DNA of 63,470 bases, filler included, from Intoshia linei (lineage: Eukaryota; Animalia; Orthonectida): the NCBI GenBank assembly GCA_001642005.1. It is 4 parts of 4 records of this genome, joined end to end, with 100 filler letters (N's around TTAATTAATTAA, not from the genome) between each part and the next. Parts side by side here need not be neighbours in the genome. Positions count along the whole stretch, not along the records: positions 1 to 24,251 come from LWCA01000535.1; 3 more parts are not named here. One strand, written 5' to 3'. A model generated the notes under the pieces. The model ran no database searches. It was not told where the DNA came from and saw only the letters and a list, made by a program, of their open reading frames with translations. The translations under genes were made by a program, and so were the position numbers. Of this stretch, positions 1 to 11,741 are shown piece by piece (position 1 is the stretch's first letter; the number at the start of each line of letters is the position of its first letter).

Positions 1-376
1 CTTCGTTAAATAAATTAGATTTAATGTCTTTCAATTGATTTGTTAAACCTAATTGTGGTTTAATATGTTTATGCTCACAAATTGAGTCATATATTGATAC
101 ATCCATATTTTCAGAGTGGTACAACAAATATTTAGTAGCTGGACATGCGTCAGGTCCTCTCCTCACAGATTCATTACAATAATAAAATATTTTATAACCC
201 TCATGTGAATTATTACGGTTTTTAATTTTCCAATGTCTTTCCAGTGTATTTTTTGCTTCTGTTTCAGATGCATACTTTTTATTCAATATATAAAATTTTT
301 CTTTTCCTCTGATATTATTGTGTTCATCAATTTCTCTATCTGGTGATAAATCGTAATTTGAACAATCAGAAAGCAT
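1..376 (-). mobile_element. MULE/Mutator-like transposase N-terminal region (WRKY/GCM1-type Zn finger), open ORF running off the left edge
   Basis: Hand translation from ATG 376: MLSDCS...YKIFYYCNESVRRGPDACPATKYLLYHSENMDVSIYDSICEHKH; C-x10-C...H-x-H pattern; no stop in 125 codons. Confidence 0.55.
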
Positions 377-829
377 ACGATAATACAAATATAAGTTATA
401 AAAAAGTTTATTTTATTGATGCAAAAATCTAAATTAATTGACGCCTTTATAATATTCAATTGCTAAGTGAAATAAGTTCTATTTTAAATAAATTAAGTGC
501 TAAATGTCGAAATTAAACGACGCTTTAATTTTATTTATTTTGTAAATGATCTAGCCAGCCCTTCGACGCTTTAAAAGTTGATTAATAAAAAATTTTAAAA
601 TTTGTAATGCTTTTGTTTAAAATTTCTCCACTAACACTTTATGTTTAACATTTCGTGTTCATTGAATTTGAAACCACTCGTGCAGAATATCATCAAAATA
701 ATAAATTAATTATAAGAGACGAATAGCAGACTATGAAATAAATTACAAACAGATTAATTGGAATAAAACTCCAACAACTTCATTATAATTAAAACACATA
801 TGAAATTTAATAGGTTAAGTAGATTCTCA

Positions 830-1190
830 GGGGCAAGAAGATCTTTGATCGGCAATGTTAAGCCCCAAATATGTCTTTATTACGTCCCATTGATATATTA
901 TCATTTTAATTGCGGACGACCTAACCAACCACCTCGTCTTACTTATTAGTATAAACATCAAAGGAGAGCGTTCATCGTTAATAATCATGTATACATTTTT
1001 ATATTCGCTGATCTGAGGCGATTTAAAAAAATTGAAAGTTTTACTAATAATAAAATTGATATCACCTGGAATGACGTGAATGCGTAACTACAAGCTAAAT
1101 GTAATGAAAGACATGTACATTTAACAAGTATGAGGTTTTGATTATCCTGTCTTAATTTTGTATATAAATAATTTTTAATCCATCATAGGT
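830..1190 (-). mobile_element. hAT transposase relic (frameshifted)
   Basis: Fragments YTKLRQDNQNLILVKCTCLSLHLACSYA (decayed CxxH motif) and YKNVYMIINDERSP...SKTRWLVRSSAIKMIIYQWDVIKTY (hAT TRW motif). Confidence 0.7.
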
Positions 1191-1222
1191 TTAATTTTTA
1201 ATTTGTGCCAACATTCTTTCAT

Positions 1223-1810
1223 TTAAACATCATTGTGATATGCATTTTTAGAGTTGCTGGCATCCATCCAAACTTTAATGCAATCGTACATGGTAAATTT
1301 GAAAAAAGATAGCATTGATTCAGATCTGTCTACATTGAGACTATATGTTTTTATAGCATATATCATGCGACACATCCATCGAGCTTTTGAGGTTGCAACT
1401 GGTTTCAATAATTTATCTTTGCTACGTCTCAAAATGGAAATAAACAATTGAAAACATTTTTTATAATCATCCTTTTTGTATCTTTTAATTGCTGAAAGAT
1501 AATACGTCAGAAACGTTTATACTATTCATGGTTAATTTTTGGTGGAAGGTAAAATTTATTGTATAGATTTATATCCTTGGCATATATTTTTTTTCCAAAA
1601 TCTTTATTGGTGTCAGGTTGGCATGTATCACGAAGGATTTTCTATAAACTGAAGACAGAATAATCTCAAGGATATGATGACGACACGGCAATTCGATAAT
1701 CTGATGTTTTAATTTATCTTTAAGAAACTTGACGCTACCATTTTTGTATCCCGTATTAGATGCAGTCCTATGGTAGCATAAACCGACAACTTTCTCTGAT
1801 ATATTTCATT
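1223..1810 (-). mobile_element. hAT-related (hATm-like) DDE transposase relic
   Basis: EKVVGLCYHRTASNTGYKNGSVKFLKDKLKHQIIELPCRHHILEIIL (DTTASNTG / CRHH-type motifs) and PVATSKARWMCRMIYAIK (ARWM motif). Confidence 0.65.
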
Positions 1811-2727
1811 TATTCTATAATTCTGAGATAATTACGTTCAGCTGGAATCAGGGACAGTCGTTTTCTGATGTGATTAGATGTATAATATTATCTGGTATAA
1901 TTACATGTCAAAAGTGACATGTCTAGATATTGTTGACCTGGTCACATTTATTCTTTCGTTATGAAGATTTAACTTGATATTTTCCTGATTTATGGTACTA
2001 TCTAAGTTGATTTCTTCGATAATTCGAGATCTCACCTCATTACCATTTAAAATAGAAGGGTTATTTTTCTTTCTAACTTTGTACCTGGTTTTAGATATAG
2101 GATATTGATATATTCATTTCCTCGTTTTGCTAAGTCGCGTAAAACTTAAAAATATATTATATTGGTGTCAAAGTTAATTTACCTTTGCAAACAAAACTTT
2201 TTGATAATAGGGTTTTATGAAATTTTATTATTTTCCAGTTTTTTCTTCTATGTCTATTATTCTTTTAAATGACAAAATATGTTCAATTTTCATAGTTATT
2301 TTTTCTTTTCTATCAATATTACTCATGGTTAAATTATAATAATTTAAAAAAGAAAGATTTAATCAAATTGATTATGCAAATGCCAAACGATAAAAATAAC
2401 AATAATATAATGCGCAAAACATAATTAAAAACTTTATATAAAATATATATCTTAGTTATAGGTTTTTTTAACTTATATTTCATTTGTATAGTTTCTAATC
2501 TATACGTAGATAATGAGTATTCGTCATAAATACAGTTTTCGTATCTGAACTTCCATTGAACAAGAAATACAATAATAAATATTAATTTAACATTAATTAA
2601 TATAAGACAACCGATTTCTAAACATAGCAATGCAAAAAATTAATCAGTATTTATATGAACGCACACTAGTATTTATATAAATGCAGAATAGTATCTATAT
2701 AGATGCACAATAGTATTTATATATAAA

Positions 2728-3404
2728 AGGTGTTTACCAACTTTTTATTTTCTAGTGCCCCCCTTATAAAATTTAAAATAACTTATATCATTGTTTACTT
2801 TATCAAAGTGTTTGATTTTTAGATGATCAATCATTCTTGATAGTTTCATTCCCTCATTCGAGAATGTCTTTTCACATATTAAACACATTGGTAGCTGTTC
2901 ATTGATTTCAGAGGCAATTACACCATATTTTAAGACTTAAAATTTAAGTAATCAATTGAATATCTACGAAATTTTTTTTTATTGGTCATATTTGATTGAC
3001 GATAGAATAAATATAAAAATAATCTAAAATAAAATATACAGTTAGTTGCATTTAAGTTACCTGATTTAAAATGCGAAAATTAATGAAAATGGTTGATAAT
3101 ATGAATTAAAACTAACTATTTATTTAAAATAATAAGAGATAATTATTTTAATTAGATAACAAATAAAAAGTGAGTCACTATCGAATTTCTCCTTAACTGG
3201 AAGAGTAAATAACTCATCATTATCTAGATATAATGAATCGTTAAGTAGATCAAAAATGAAATACTAAGTGTAGTATGATGAAAATGTAGTAGATAAAGAC
3301 ATTAATTATATAATTTTATAAAAATTATCACAGCGCCCCTTTTACCGCCCCTACAATTACAGCGCCCCCAAGGTGGGCAATAGCGTCCACCTTGGAAAAC
3401 ACTG
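2728..3404. mobile_element. hAT-type MITE inserted into a 22-bp tandem repeat
   Basis: Ends AGGTGTTTACCAAC...TTGGAAAACACTG with GC-rich subterminal CGCCCC motifs; TSD is degenerate. Confidence 0.5.
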
Positions 3405-3483
3405 ATATAGATGCACAATAGTGTTTATATCAGTGCACAACTCTGTAAAGCCCTGGCATCCCATAAACACAGAAATAGGAGTT

Positions 3484-4260
3484 TTATTCGTCGAACGATG
3501 TGATATTGTATTTTTGCACTACATCCACTAATACATCAATCCAACATTTATTTACATCTAATGTTTTTGCTAGCCATCTTTTTAAGGTTAGATTCGCATT
3601 AAATGTAATAATATATGCAAGTATATCTAAACAAACCGCTCTACTTGACTGTGGATGTCGAGCTGTCTGCTGTGAACGATACCGACATTTAATTGATTGC
3701 ATAAGTGTTACCTCGGAATTTTTAAATTCTTTTTCGTTGTTTGTATGCACTAATTTTGGCGGACCAACCATCGCAAACATTTTTTTAAATTTGTTACGAA
3801 GATTAATTGCATTTTATTTTTTAATTTTGCTACCCACATATATTTTGAATAGCAATCAATTACATTCAAAATATATTTGTAGCCCCTTGATACTCTAACA
3901 AACTTATACAATCTGCTATGTATCACTCACGCGGTTTTTGAGTTATGATAGGTTTAATTTTTTGAACCATTATCAACCCCATAGATTTTTGGCATGCTGG
4001 ACAATTTGAAATTATCTGAATTGTTTTATTAAAAATACTTTTATGAATAGTTTAAACCTTTTCACTATCTTTTCTTTTCATGTTGTAATACATTATATCC
4101 ACAATTTCTTTGGTCTACAAATTAAGGAATTAATACGAAAATTTTAAAAACCTTGACAGCTTCGCAATGTCCATTTAAATGAACCACATGTATAGCACGG
4201 TCTTTTTCGACTATTTGATCATCACTGAATACTTTCAGTTTTAATTCACCTATATAGATA
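3484..4260 (-). mobile_element. Degenerate retroviral-type (rve) integrase, Gypsy/Ginger/KRBA2-like
   Basis: GPPKLVHTNNEKEFKN (cf. GxPxxLQSDNGxEF), RHPQSSRAV (cf. HPQSQGxVE), NLTLKRWL...WIDVL...YN; upstream HLNGHCEAVK resembles the H2C2 Zn-binding region. Confidence 0.7.
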
Positions 4261-4512
4261 ACGCAAAAATATAAAATAAATTCACAATAGCTTTCATAAT
4301 AATAATAATAATGGCCGAAACAGATGACGATTACATTATTGTATTTATATTTGATTATATTATATTGATTATTGTATATGTATAATAATACCAATATAAT
4401 TAACCCAGTTTATTAAGTGTATTTCGTTGATTATAGAGGAAAACGATGTAAACAACAATAAAATTAATTTTTTGCTACCAATTTTGTCAACTTTGGATCT
4501 TCTGTAAGATGG

Positions 4513-5405
4513 AAAATGTTGGTCAATAGTCAAAGCAGTGGCCCCTATAGAGGAGATGGTATTAGATACGTTTATTATCATGTCGTTGAATAAGCATCCC
4601 ACTCTTGCAACACGTTTTGATTCTGGACAGAGAATCCGACCTTTAAAAAGTGGATACTTCTCGTAGATGTAGAAATTTGTTGAGCACCATGTTTCGTCTA
4701 CATTGATCAAGAGTCCTAGATTACAGGATCCTTCTCGGATCGATTGCATTATGGACTTTACGTTAAGTTTAATTGATTTATTTTTGTGATTATAAGATAA
4801 GTTATTCAATTTACTCTAATTTTTATAAGTTAGACAAATAATTTGGTTATTTCCTTGGGCTAAAATCTTTGTAGACACATTTCTGTTTGAAGTTTCATAT
4901 TCAATCATCAGCAAGGATACGACACTCCATTCTTTTTGTCGTAACCCTTCGAGTCCTATAAGTTGCCCATTACAGGAGGCAAATTTGCCTGATTTGTTGT
5001 GTACATTTAAGTCTGAGTCTATCTTTATTAAATCTAGTCTGTCAGCATAATAAATCAAAGATTGTTCAAAGAATTTGTGTGTTTGTTTAATTAATTGGTG
5101 AAACCAAATGACTTATCAATAACTTCAAAGTTTGGCGCCGTCGATTCGTATCGTTGGTGGTTATTCCATTTCTCATAATGCAAGTGATAGGCAAAGGTTA
5201 TGAGGTTATTATTCGAATTACCATGACCGGGAACACATCTCATCATATTTTTGAACACTTTATTCAAATTATCTACCATGGTCAATGAACCAAAGGGAAG
5301 CACAATGAATTTGCTCAATAGGAGTTCGGTTAAGACAAAGTAGGTCCCTAATTTGAATGACATTAAGGCAAAAAATCGCCCCATACGTTTCAGTTCCCTA
5401 TCTTT
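4513..5405 (-). pseudogene. Endogenous viral element: rhabdovirus-like (Mononegavirales) L protein RdRp fragment
   Basis: Colinear motifs KDRELKRMGRFFALMS, HLHYEKWNNHQR, THKFFEQSLIYY, GLEGLRQKEWS, LAQGNNQ, LGLLINVDET, ESKRVARVGCLFND, ALT; one frameshift at ~5091 and one in-frame TAG at 4816-4818. Confidence 0.93.
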
Positions 5406-6132
5406 AGAAAATGAAACATTGTCATATAAAAAAAGTGTGACCTGGCGTTCGACATTTGCTATAGCTAACATTTTTGTTTGCCATAATTTTGATCTAAATC
5501 CGATTGAACTACCGCATAATGTTGTGACATGTCCGGTAGGGTGATCATCATATTTAAAAATCAAAAAGTATTTTCTACCATCAGGATTATTGGTGAAGTG
5601 ATCATTTTCCTGAAAAAATTATTCAAATTGGTTGAGTTTGGACTCGACCACTCAACATCGAAATTTTTCTTTAAAAAGGTATAAGTAAACTTTATTTTCA
5701 TAGTAAATGTTATAAAAATTTGTAACAAATATAAAATTAGTATTGTCGCGTCATTTTATAATTAATATCAATCTATCCATAAAACATCCATTAGTAAAAT
5801 TAAATTCGATTAATTTATTGTCGCTCATGAGTCATGACCTTAACGGACATACCAGTTCCCTCCGCATACGTTTTAGAAGAAAATAGTATGTCGGAAATGT
5901 AGATGTATATCAAATAAGCTATTTCGACATCATTGTTGTCCATTAGGGGTGTGATTTTTTACTTTTTTATACTTTGTTTTCAGATTTTAAAAATATTATT
6001 TCCATTAAGGTTGAATAACCATGATTTTACTTATAAATCGTTATAGTGTAATTTGTATAAAATGGTTCATAATTGTAAACGTCATATGACTTTACTATGA
6101 AGTTATACTGTATTATTAATTATATATTTTAG

Positions 6133-9100
6133 TTAAAAATTGGTTCAAATCTTATATTTGATTCATGCGATACATTGGTCGTTAAAAATAAAAAAAATAG
6201 GTACATTGCTAATAATGTGTTAACATTTTCGTAAATTTGTAAAATTCATTTAGATTCATTTATTTTTGTTTAATTAATCAAAGATGTCTATATGATATAT
6301 TTATTATGAAATGTGTACAATACCATGAAGAAGTAATTTTTCATTTAAATTGATGACTTCCTCGTCTAATATAATTTAAAATAATTTATTTGAAAAGCTT
6401 ACTATGATATTTTGTTAATATACAATTTTTCTAGTTTTACTTGATATACTTGTTGAATTATGCTTTTGTAAATCAAAATAATTTAAAGAATGAGCAAATT
6501 CCAATAAAGAACCGAGATTTATCAAAAATATATTCAAACTTCTTCAATTCTATTCAAAATTCCTTAAAACCTTGCCTAGGCCTAGCCATGGATAGGTTTA
6601 ATTTGTTTATTAAATTTTTTCACATTGAAGAATCATTTAATGTGGAAATTTCATCATTGTTTGCTATTTGGAAAGGCCATACCGATGCTTTTCTAGAGGT
6701 AGTTTATTAATAATAGTTATTTAATTTAATAATTATCCTATATTTATATATAATTTTTATTTGAATTTTTTATAATTTTAGTCTAATGAATCAAATATAT
6801 TTGTAAAGAAAGTGGATTTATTCTTTTTAAATTTTATTAACTCATTTAATTTTGAAAATTCAGCAAGTCAGGTTAGTTTTTATTTCATTTTTATCTATAA
6901 TTACGCCAGGTTAAAATTAATTTTTTATAAACAGATGTTTCTGAGTTTTCAGTACTCAGGCTGTGGACAGCCAGCAGTAGGCCCTATAAAGAATTTAATA
7001 AATAATAGTCTGTAAATTAATCTTGAGTAATTTTTTTTTATTGAACTTTTATAATATGCAAATTATCAGCTCAATGATGGTTAGTGTAATGTTAGTGCTG
7101 CATAAGATATGTTATTACAATTTTTTGACTAATTTAATAATTTAGATAATGAAAGAAATGGAAACTATTGATCATCCTTTTATTACAATGTGGTTTTTTA
7201 AATTTGTTTATACGGTAAGTTTTAATTTATTAAATGATCTATCTAGATTTTAGAATTTTGGAATTTTATAGAATTCATATGAATTCATATGAGTAGGTTT
7301 TGGTTACCCATTATGAGGCTATGGATGTGAAATAAGAAATTTAAAAAATTTTTTACTTAAAAAATACATGGTTGATTGACGAAAAACTCAGAAATGCTGA
7401 TTTTAAATATATTTTTGTGTTTAGTTTGTACAAAAAACAAAAACAAATTATGAAAAAGTATGGAAACTGGTAAATGAACAATATTCTTTGTATTTTCAAT
7501 TATTCATCAATAAAATGAACCCACCTCTCAAAGATTTAAATTTATGTAGTATTCATATCAATATTTATCAAAATTACATGAAACTTGTTAAATTTCTTTG
7601 GAACAAACTTGACGAAAAATTTATTCATGATTTTGATAATTTTATTTGTCTTCTTGAAAAAACTCATTTATTTTTGCTCAATATTTGTGAAAATTCCGAC
7701 TGCTTTCCGGACAGAGTATATTATTAATTTATGGACGGAATTTTAGAAATTAGCGAACTATTAATTTTTTTTTATTTTTTTGATAGTACAATTAAAAAGT
7801 TAGTTAAAACGATCAAAAAGATTAGCGCCAATTTTTTTAAAGACGATTGATCTACGATTTTTTTTAAGCCAACATTTTTTCACTTTTCGATTTCAATATT
7901 GTTTTCAATTATACTATATGTGATTATAGCAGTTTCATTTGCTTTTAATGAATTGTTAAACCGACCAAGTTGTGAATGGATTTAACACACTAAAATATAA
8001 TATTTCAATTGACCTATTCAACTAAATGTAACCTTAAAAATCCAATTTTACCAAAACTTACGAAACTTTTTTAAAAGTATTTTAGCAAACCTTACCAAAA
8101 AAAATGAGTATTGACCCTAATATAAAAAATGCATTTTACTAATGCTAATACTAGATTAAATGCCCATGACACTCTAAAATGCTATAATATTGTATAATGA
8201 ATGAAATATTGGAAAAGTGAAATAATTTTTTTTGGAAAGTGAAAAATGTTGATCTAACAATATTGTGCATTAAAATAATATTTTTCAAATTTAGCCAACC
8301 AAATTGAATAAGTTGGCGTTATATTGTGATAAAATCAAGAATGTTCAACCTTTTGTTAAATTGATTCATGAACAATATCCAAACTTGAAAAAATTTAAAA
8401 AGTCACATAAAAATCTTTGCCGACATTTAAAATTCACTGTAAATTTGCTCAAAGCAAAAATTTCTGAAACTAAAGATGTTGTCTACTCACAGAACTGGGA
8501 AAACATTGATACAGTAATAATTTGAATATTATAATGTCCAAATACTTGGTATACATGCAGAGTCGTACATATTTACTGATAATTTTTAGGTGACTAATAA
8601 TTATTATTATTATTATTATTAGCCTCTAGTACGGTAATAAGGGTGATAAAGTGCTGGGTTATTGGTATTTATAGGGCAGACCATACTCTAATACATCATT
8701 TTTCATTTGAATTTTGAAATATATAGTTAATTTTAGAAATATTTAACTGATACTGAAACAGTATTGTTAAAAAATATTTACGATATGAAAGGAGATTTGA
8801 ATCCGTCTTTTAAAAGATTTATCGTAATTATTCTTGATTTTATTTATTATTTATTTTAAGAGAATATTCTTAAACCCAACCATTTTTACTAAAATTCCAG
8901 TTTTATCAACCCTTAAGGGAAAAACCAACTTTTACAACTGTTTGGGTTGGTAAGACTGACTTTTTCCTTTAAGGTTGGTAAATTTTGATTTTTAGTAAAA
9001 ATGGTTGGATTTAAATAGACACACTTTATTTTAATATCAATTTATTTAGAATCGATTTTTAAATGAGAATATGTCAAGTCATTATTTTACCTTTCTCATT

Positions 9101-10223
9101 ATATTCAAAGAAAGCGTTATCCATCTTTATAATGAGGTAATTTAGAATTTTATATCGATATTTCCAACGTCAATTATTAACTTAATTTTTTACTATTATT
9201 TTATTTAGTGTGGGGTTGATGTAATTATACGTTATAAAACTGAAAAAGTTGTTTTTTCTAATTATTTTTTAATTTAGTTTTCACCGCAATATGTTTATTT
9301 GTCAATTGTTTACATTTTTGATGAAATTCATGCAATCAACTGTATATGTGTAAAGTGCTCAAAAAACCCACGTGATCAATTGACACTTTTGACGAAGCTA
9401 TATGAAATTTGCAGTAGTATTTGTAAGCATGTAGATCAGTCTAATGTCCAATTTTTGGCAATTTTTCTAAAAAGGTCGATTGGAAAATTGTATGCAGCTT
9501 TTGAATGCATTCAACACATTGGTCATTCCGATTTAATCGAATCTTTTGATTTGGCTTTGAAAGAGTAATTTTTTAAAGCAAGGTTTATCAAAGTTTTTAT
9601 CCTAAAAAGTTTTAGTACATATTAAAATACACTTCAAATAAGAATGACAATTTTGAGATCATCCACGTTTAAGACATGGCTACCCTAGTATCTTATAAAT
9701 GTAAAATGAGTTTTTTAGTATTTAGTAAACTAAATATGCTATTTAAAAGAATTCTTGAAACGGCCACAAGTTGTAACATATTTATTTAGATTCTTTCAGT
9801 CTTTGTCACATTGTGGAAAAAATGAATATTGTGGTTTTATAGTTCATTATATACCTCAAATTTTGCAGAATATTATAAATGCCAATCAATTGGAAAATGT
9901 CAATATGGTTTTTAATTTTATTAATCCTTTTCTTAAAATAATTTATTTTTGTCGTAGAGTCGGGTACGACTCTTACGGCGCTCCAATGATGATTATCAAG
10001 TTTAATTAATATTTAGTCACTATATTTCAATATATTTAAATACCTTATCACCGGAATACCGATAACAAAAATAACACAAGCTTACGGAGAAATTTCAGAT
10101 GTACATAAATTTATGCTTGGAAAAATTTACACAAATCTCGATATAAAACTGACTACAAACGTAAAACGTGCATCATATAATCAACACCAAACAAGTTGTA
10201 AAATTAAAAAAATTTTGGAATAA
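6133..10223 (+). CDS. Uncharacterised multi-exon gene (helical, F/L/I-rich); boundaries approximate
   Basis: Series of co-oriented ORF segments (6441, 7488, 8304, 9299, 9755, 10017-10223) bounded by GT-AG introns; no family recognised. Confidence 0.55.
8870..9016. repeat. Foldback/palindromic MITE-like element in an intron
   Basis: CCAACCATTTTTACTAAAA ... TTTTAGTAAAAATGGTTGG with further internal inverted symmetry. Confidence 0.7.
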
Positions 10224-10233
10224 TTTAATAAAT

Positions 10234-11319
10234 TTACTGTACAAATGAACGTAAAACATGTACATCACAAACTACTTTTTCGTTCTCGTCAATACCTCCA
10301 TGAACGTATAACTGATTCTCGTAAATGCAAGAAATACTACTGGCTCGGTGTAATTTCGAATGTTTTAAACGTACCCAGCAATTATAGAACGCATTAGATT
10401 TTTTTAGTCTTGATTTGGAACTATCATTGGGATTGAGGTTGTTTTGAAGGGTTAATATCCAAATTTCATTGACAGGTTTTCTAGATCTGCCATCCATGGT
10501 TTCACCTCCATACATTAATAGTCCCATGTTTGTAGAAACTACAATTTGACGACGCCGCCCACATGGTTGTTTTGTGTTGTGATGTACATTTTTCAAATTG
10601 GCATCTTGAAGTTTCATTAGGTGGTTGGTATTAATGTTGACATTATTTTCTATAAAAGTATTTGTTTTATTGTTTGCGTTACACCAATTATTTCCGTGTA
10701 CTTCAAGGCTTAGATTTTGTCGGCCTCCAATTATATATGTGTAGTTTTTGGTAATAATAGTTGAATGACCTGATCTGGAGGCTGTTTTGTTACTCAGGTT
10801 CTTGTAAACACATTGGAAATTGTCTAAAGAAATGTTTAATAAATATGCGTTTCCGTATCTACGATGGGTTCGCAATGAACCTTCTCTACCAATAATCAAT
10901 ATTTGAGCAATTTCACTTTGACAATCATCGATTACAACAGTGGATGTATGTGAACTGAGTCCCGCGTCTTTTGGAAATCCGACAACGGTTGGAATAGTCC
11001 ATTTTTTGGATTGAATATTGTAAATGTATACAGCGGAAATTCGTTTTTTACCGTTCCAACCACCGATTAAGACTACAAAATTATTTTGTAAAGAAATTAC
11101 AGTGTGATGGCTTAGAGGTGGTATTTTTTCATTTTTCATGGATAAATTTGACAAATTTGTCCATATTTTAGATTTCATGTTTAATGAATAAAATGAACTA
11201 ATAGGACAATTATCTTTCACATCACCGACACCTCCATAAACATACCATATGTCTCCTATCAAACAACCCGCATGATTAGTCACTTGAGGTCCACAAGTGC
11301 AAAACAATTCAAATTCCAT
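10234..11319 (-). CDS. KLHDC9: Kelch domain-containing protein 9, intronless
   Basis: Kelch GG repeats; GGWNGKKR, AGLSSHT, GREGSLRTHRRYG and TASRSGH match KLHDC9-specific motifs. Confidence 0.85.
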   Translation of the reverse strand: MEFELFCTCGPQVTNHAGCLIGDIWYVYGGVGDVKDNCPISSFYSLNMKSKIWTNLSNLSMKNEKIPPLSHHTVISLQNNFVVLIGGWNGKKRISAVYIYNIQSKKWTIPTVVGFPKDAGLSSHTSTVVIDDCQSEIAQILIIGREGSLRTHRRYGNAYLLNISLDNFQCVYKNLSNKTASRSGHSTIITKNYTYIIGGRQNLSLEVHGNNWCNANNKTNTFIENNVNINTNHLMKLQDANLKNVHHNTKQPCGRRRQIVVSTNMGLLMYGGETMDGRSRKPVNEIWILTLQNNLNPNDSSKSRLKKSNAFYNCWVRLKHSKLHRASSISCIYENQLYVHGGIDENEKVVCDVHVLRSFVQ

Positions 11320-11741
11320 TATGACTTAACGGAGTATTAAAATTTAATACATGGTATTAAAATCTCGTATTAAAAATATAGACAAAATTAAAAAATACAA
11401 CGTTTCTTGACAATAACTCAAAAATGTATCTATTTCGCTCCAAGCAATCTAAACATTTATAATAGAGTGCAACCTGATGAACTTTGATTGCAGACGCACT
11501 GTTGTATCAATTTTTATACAAACCAAGTGATAGTCAACATAAATAACCAATCATTTCAAAATGAAATAAATTCCATAAGAATGATAAAACTAAACTAGCA
11601 ATTACTACGATACCAGTAAATCTCATACAATTAACCATATTAACTTTAAACAAATTTAAAATAAACATTTTAAAAAAGTTCTCTTCACCTTTTGTTTCAC
11701 GATATTTTATTTTCAACCACTGTATAATTTTGAAATTTGAT

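Noticed and set aside
1254-1451. Plus-strand 65-aa ORF (also 3500-3898 and 5353-5544)
   Set aside because: Antisense shadows of transposase, integrase and EVE frames on the minus strand
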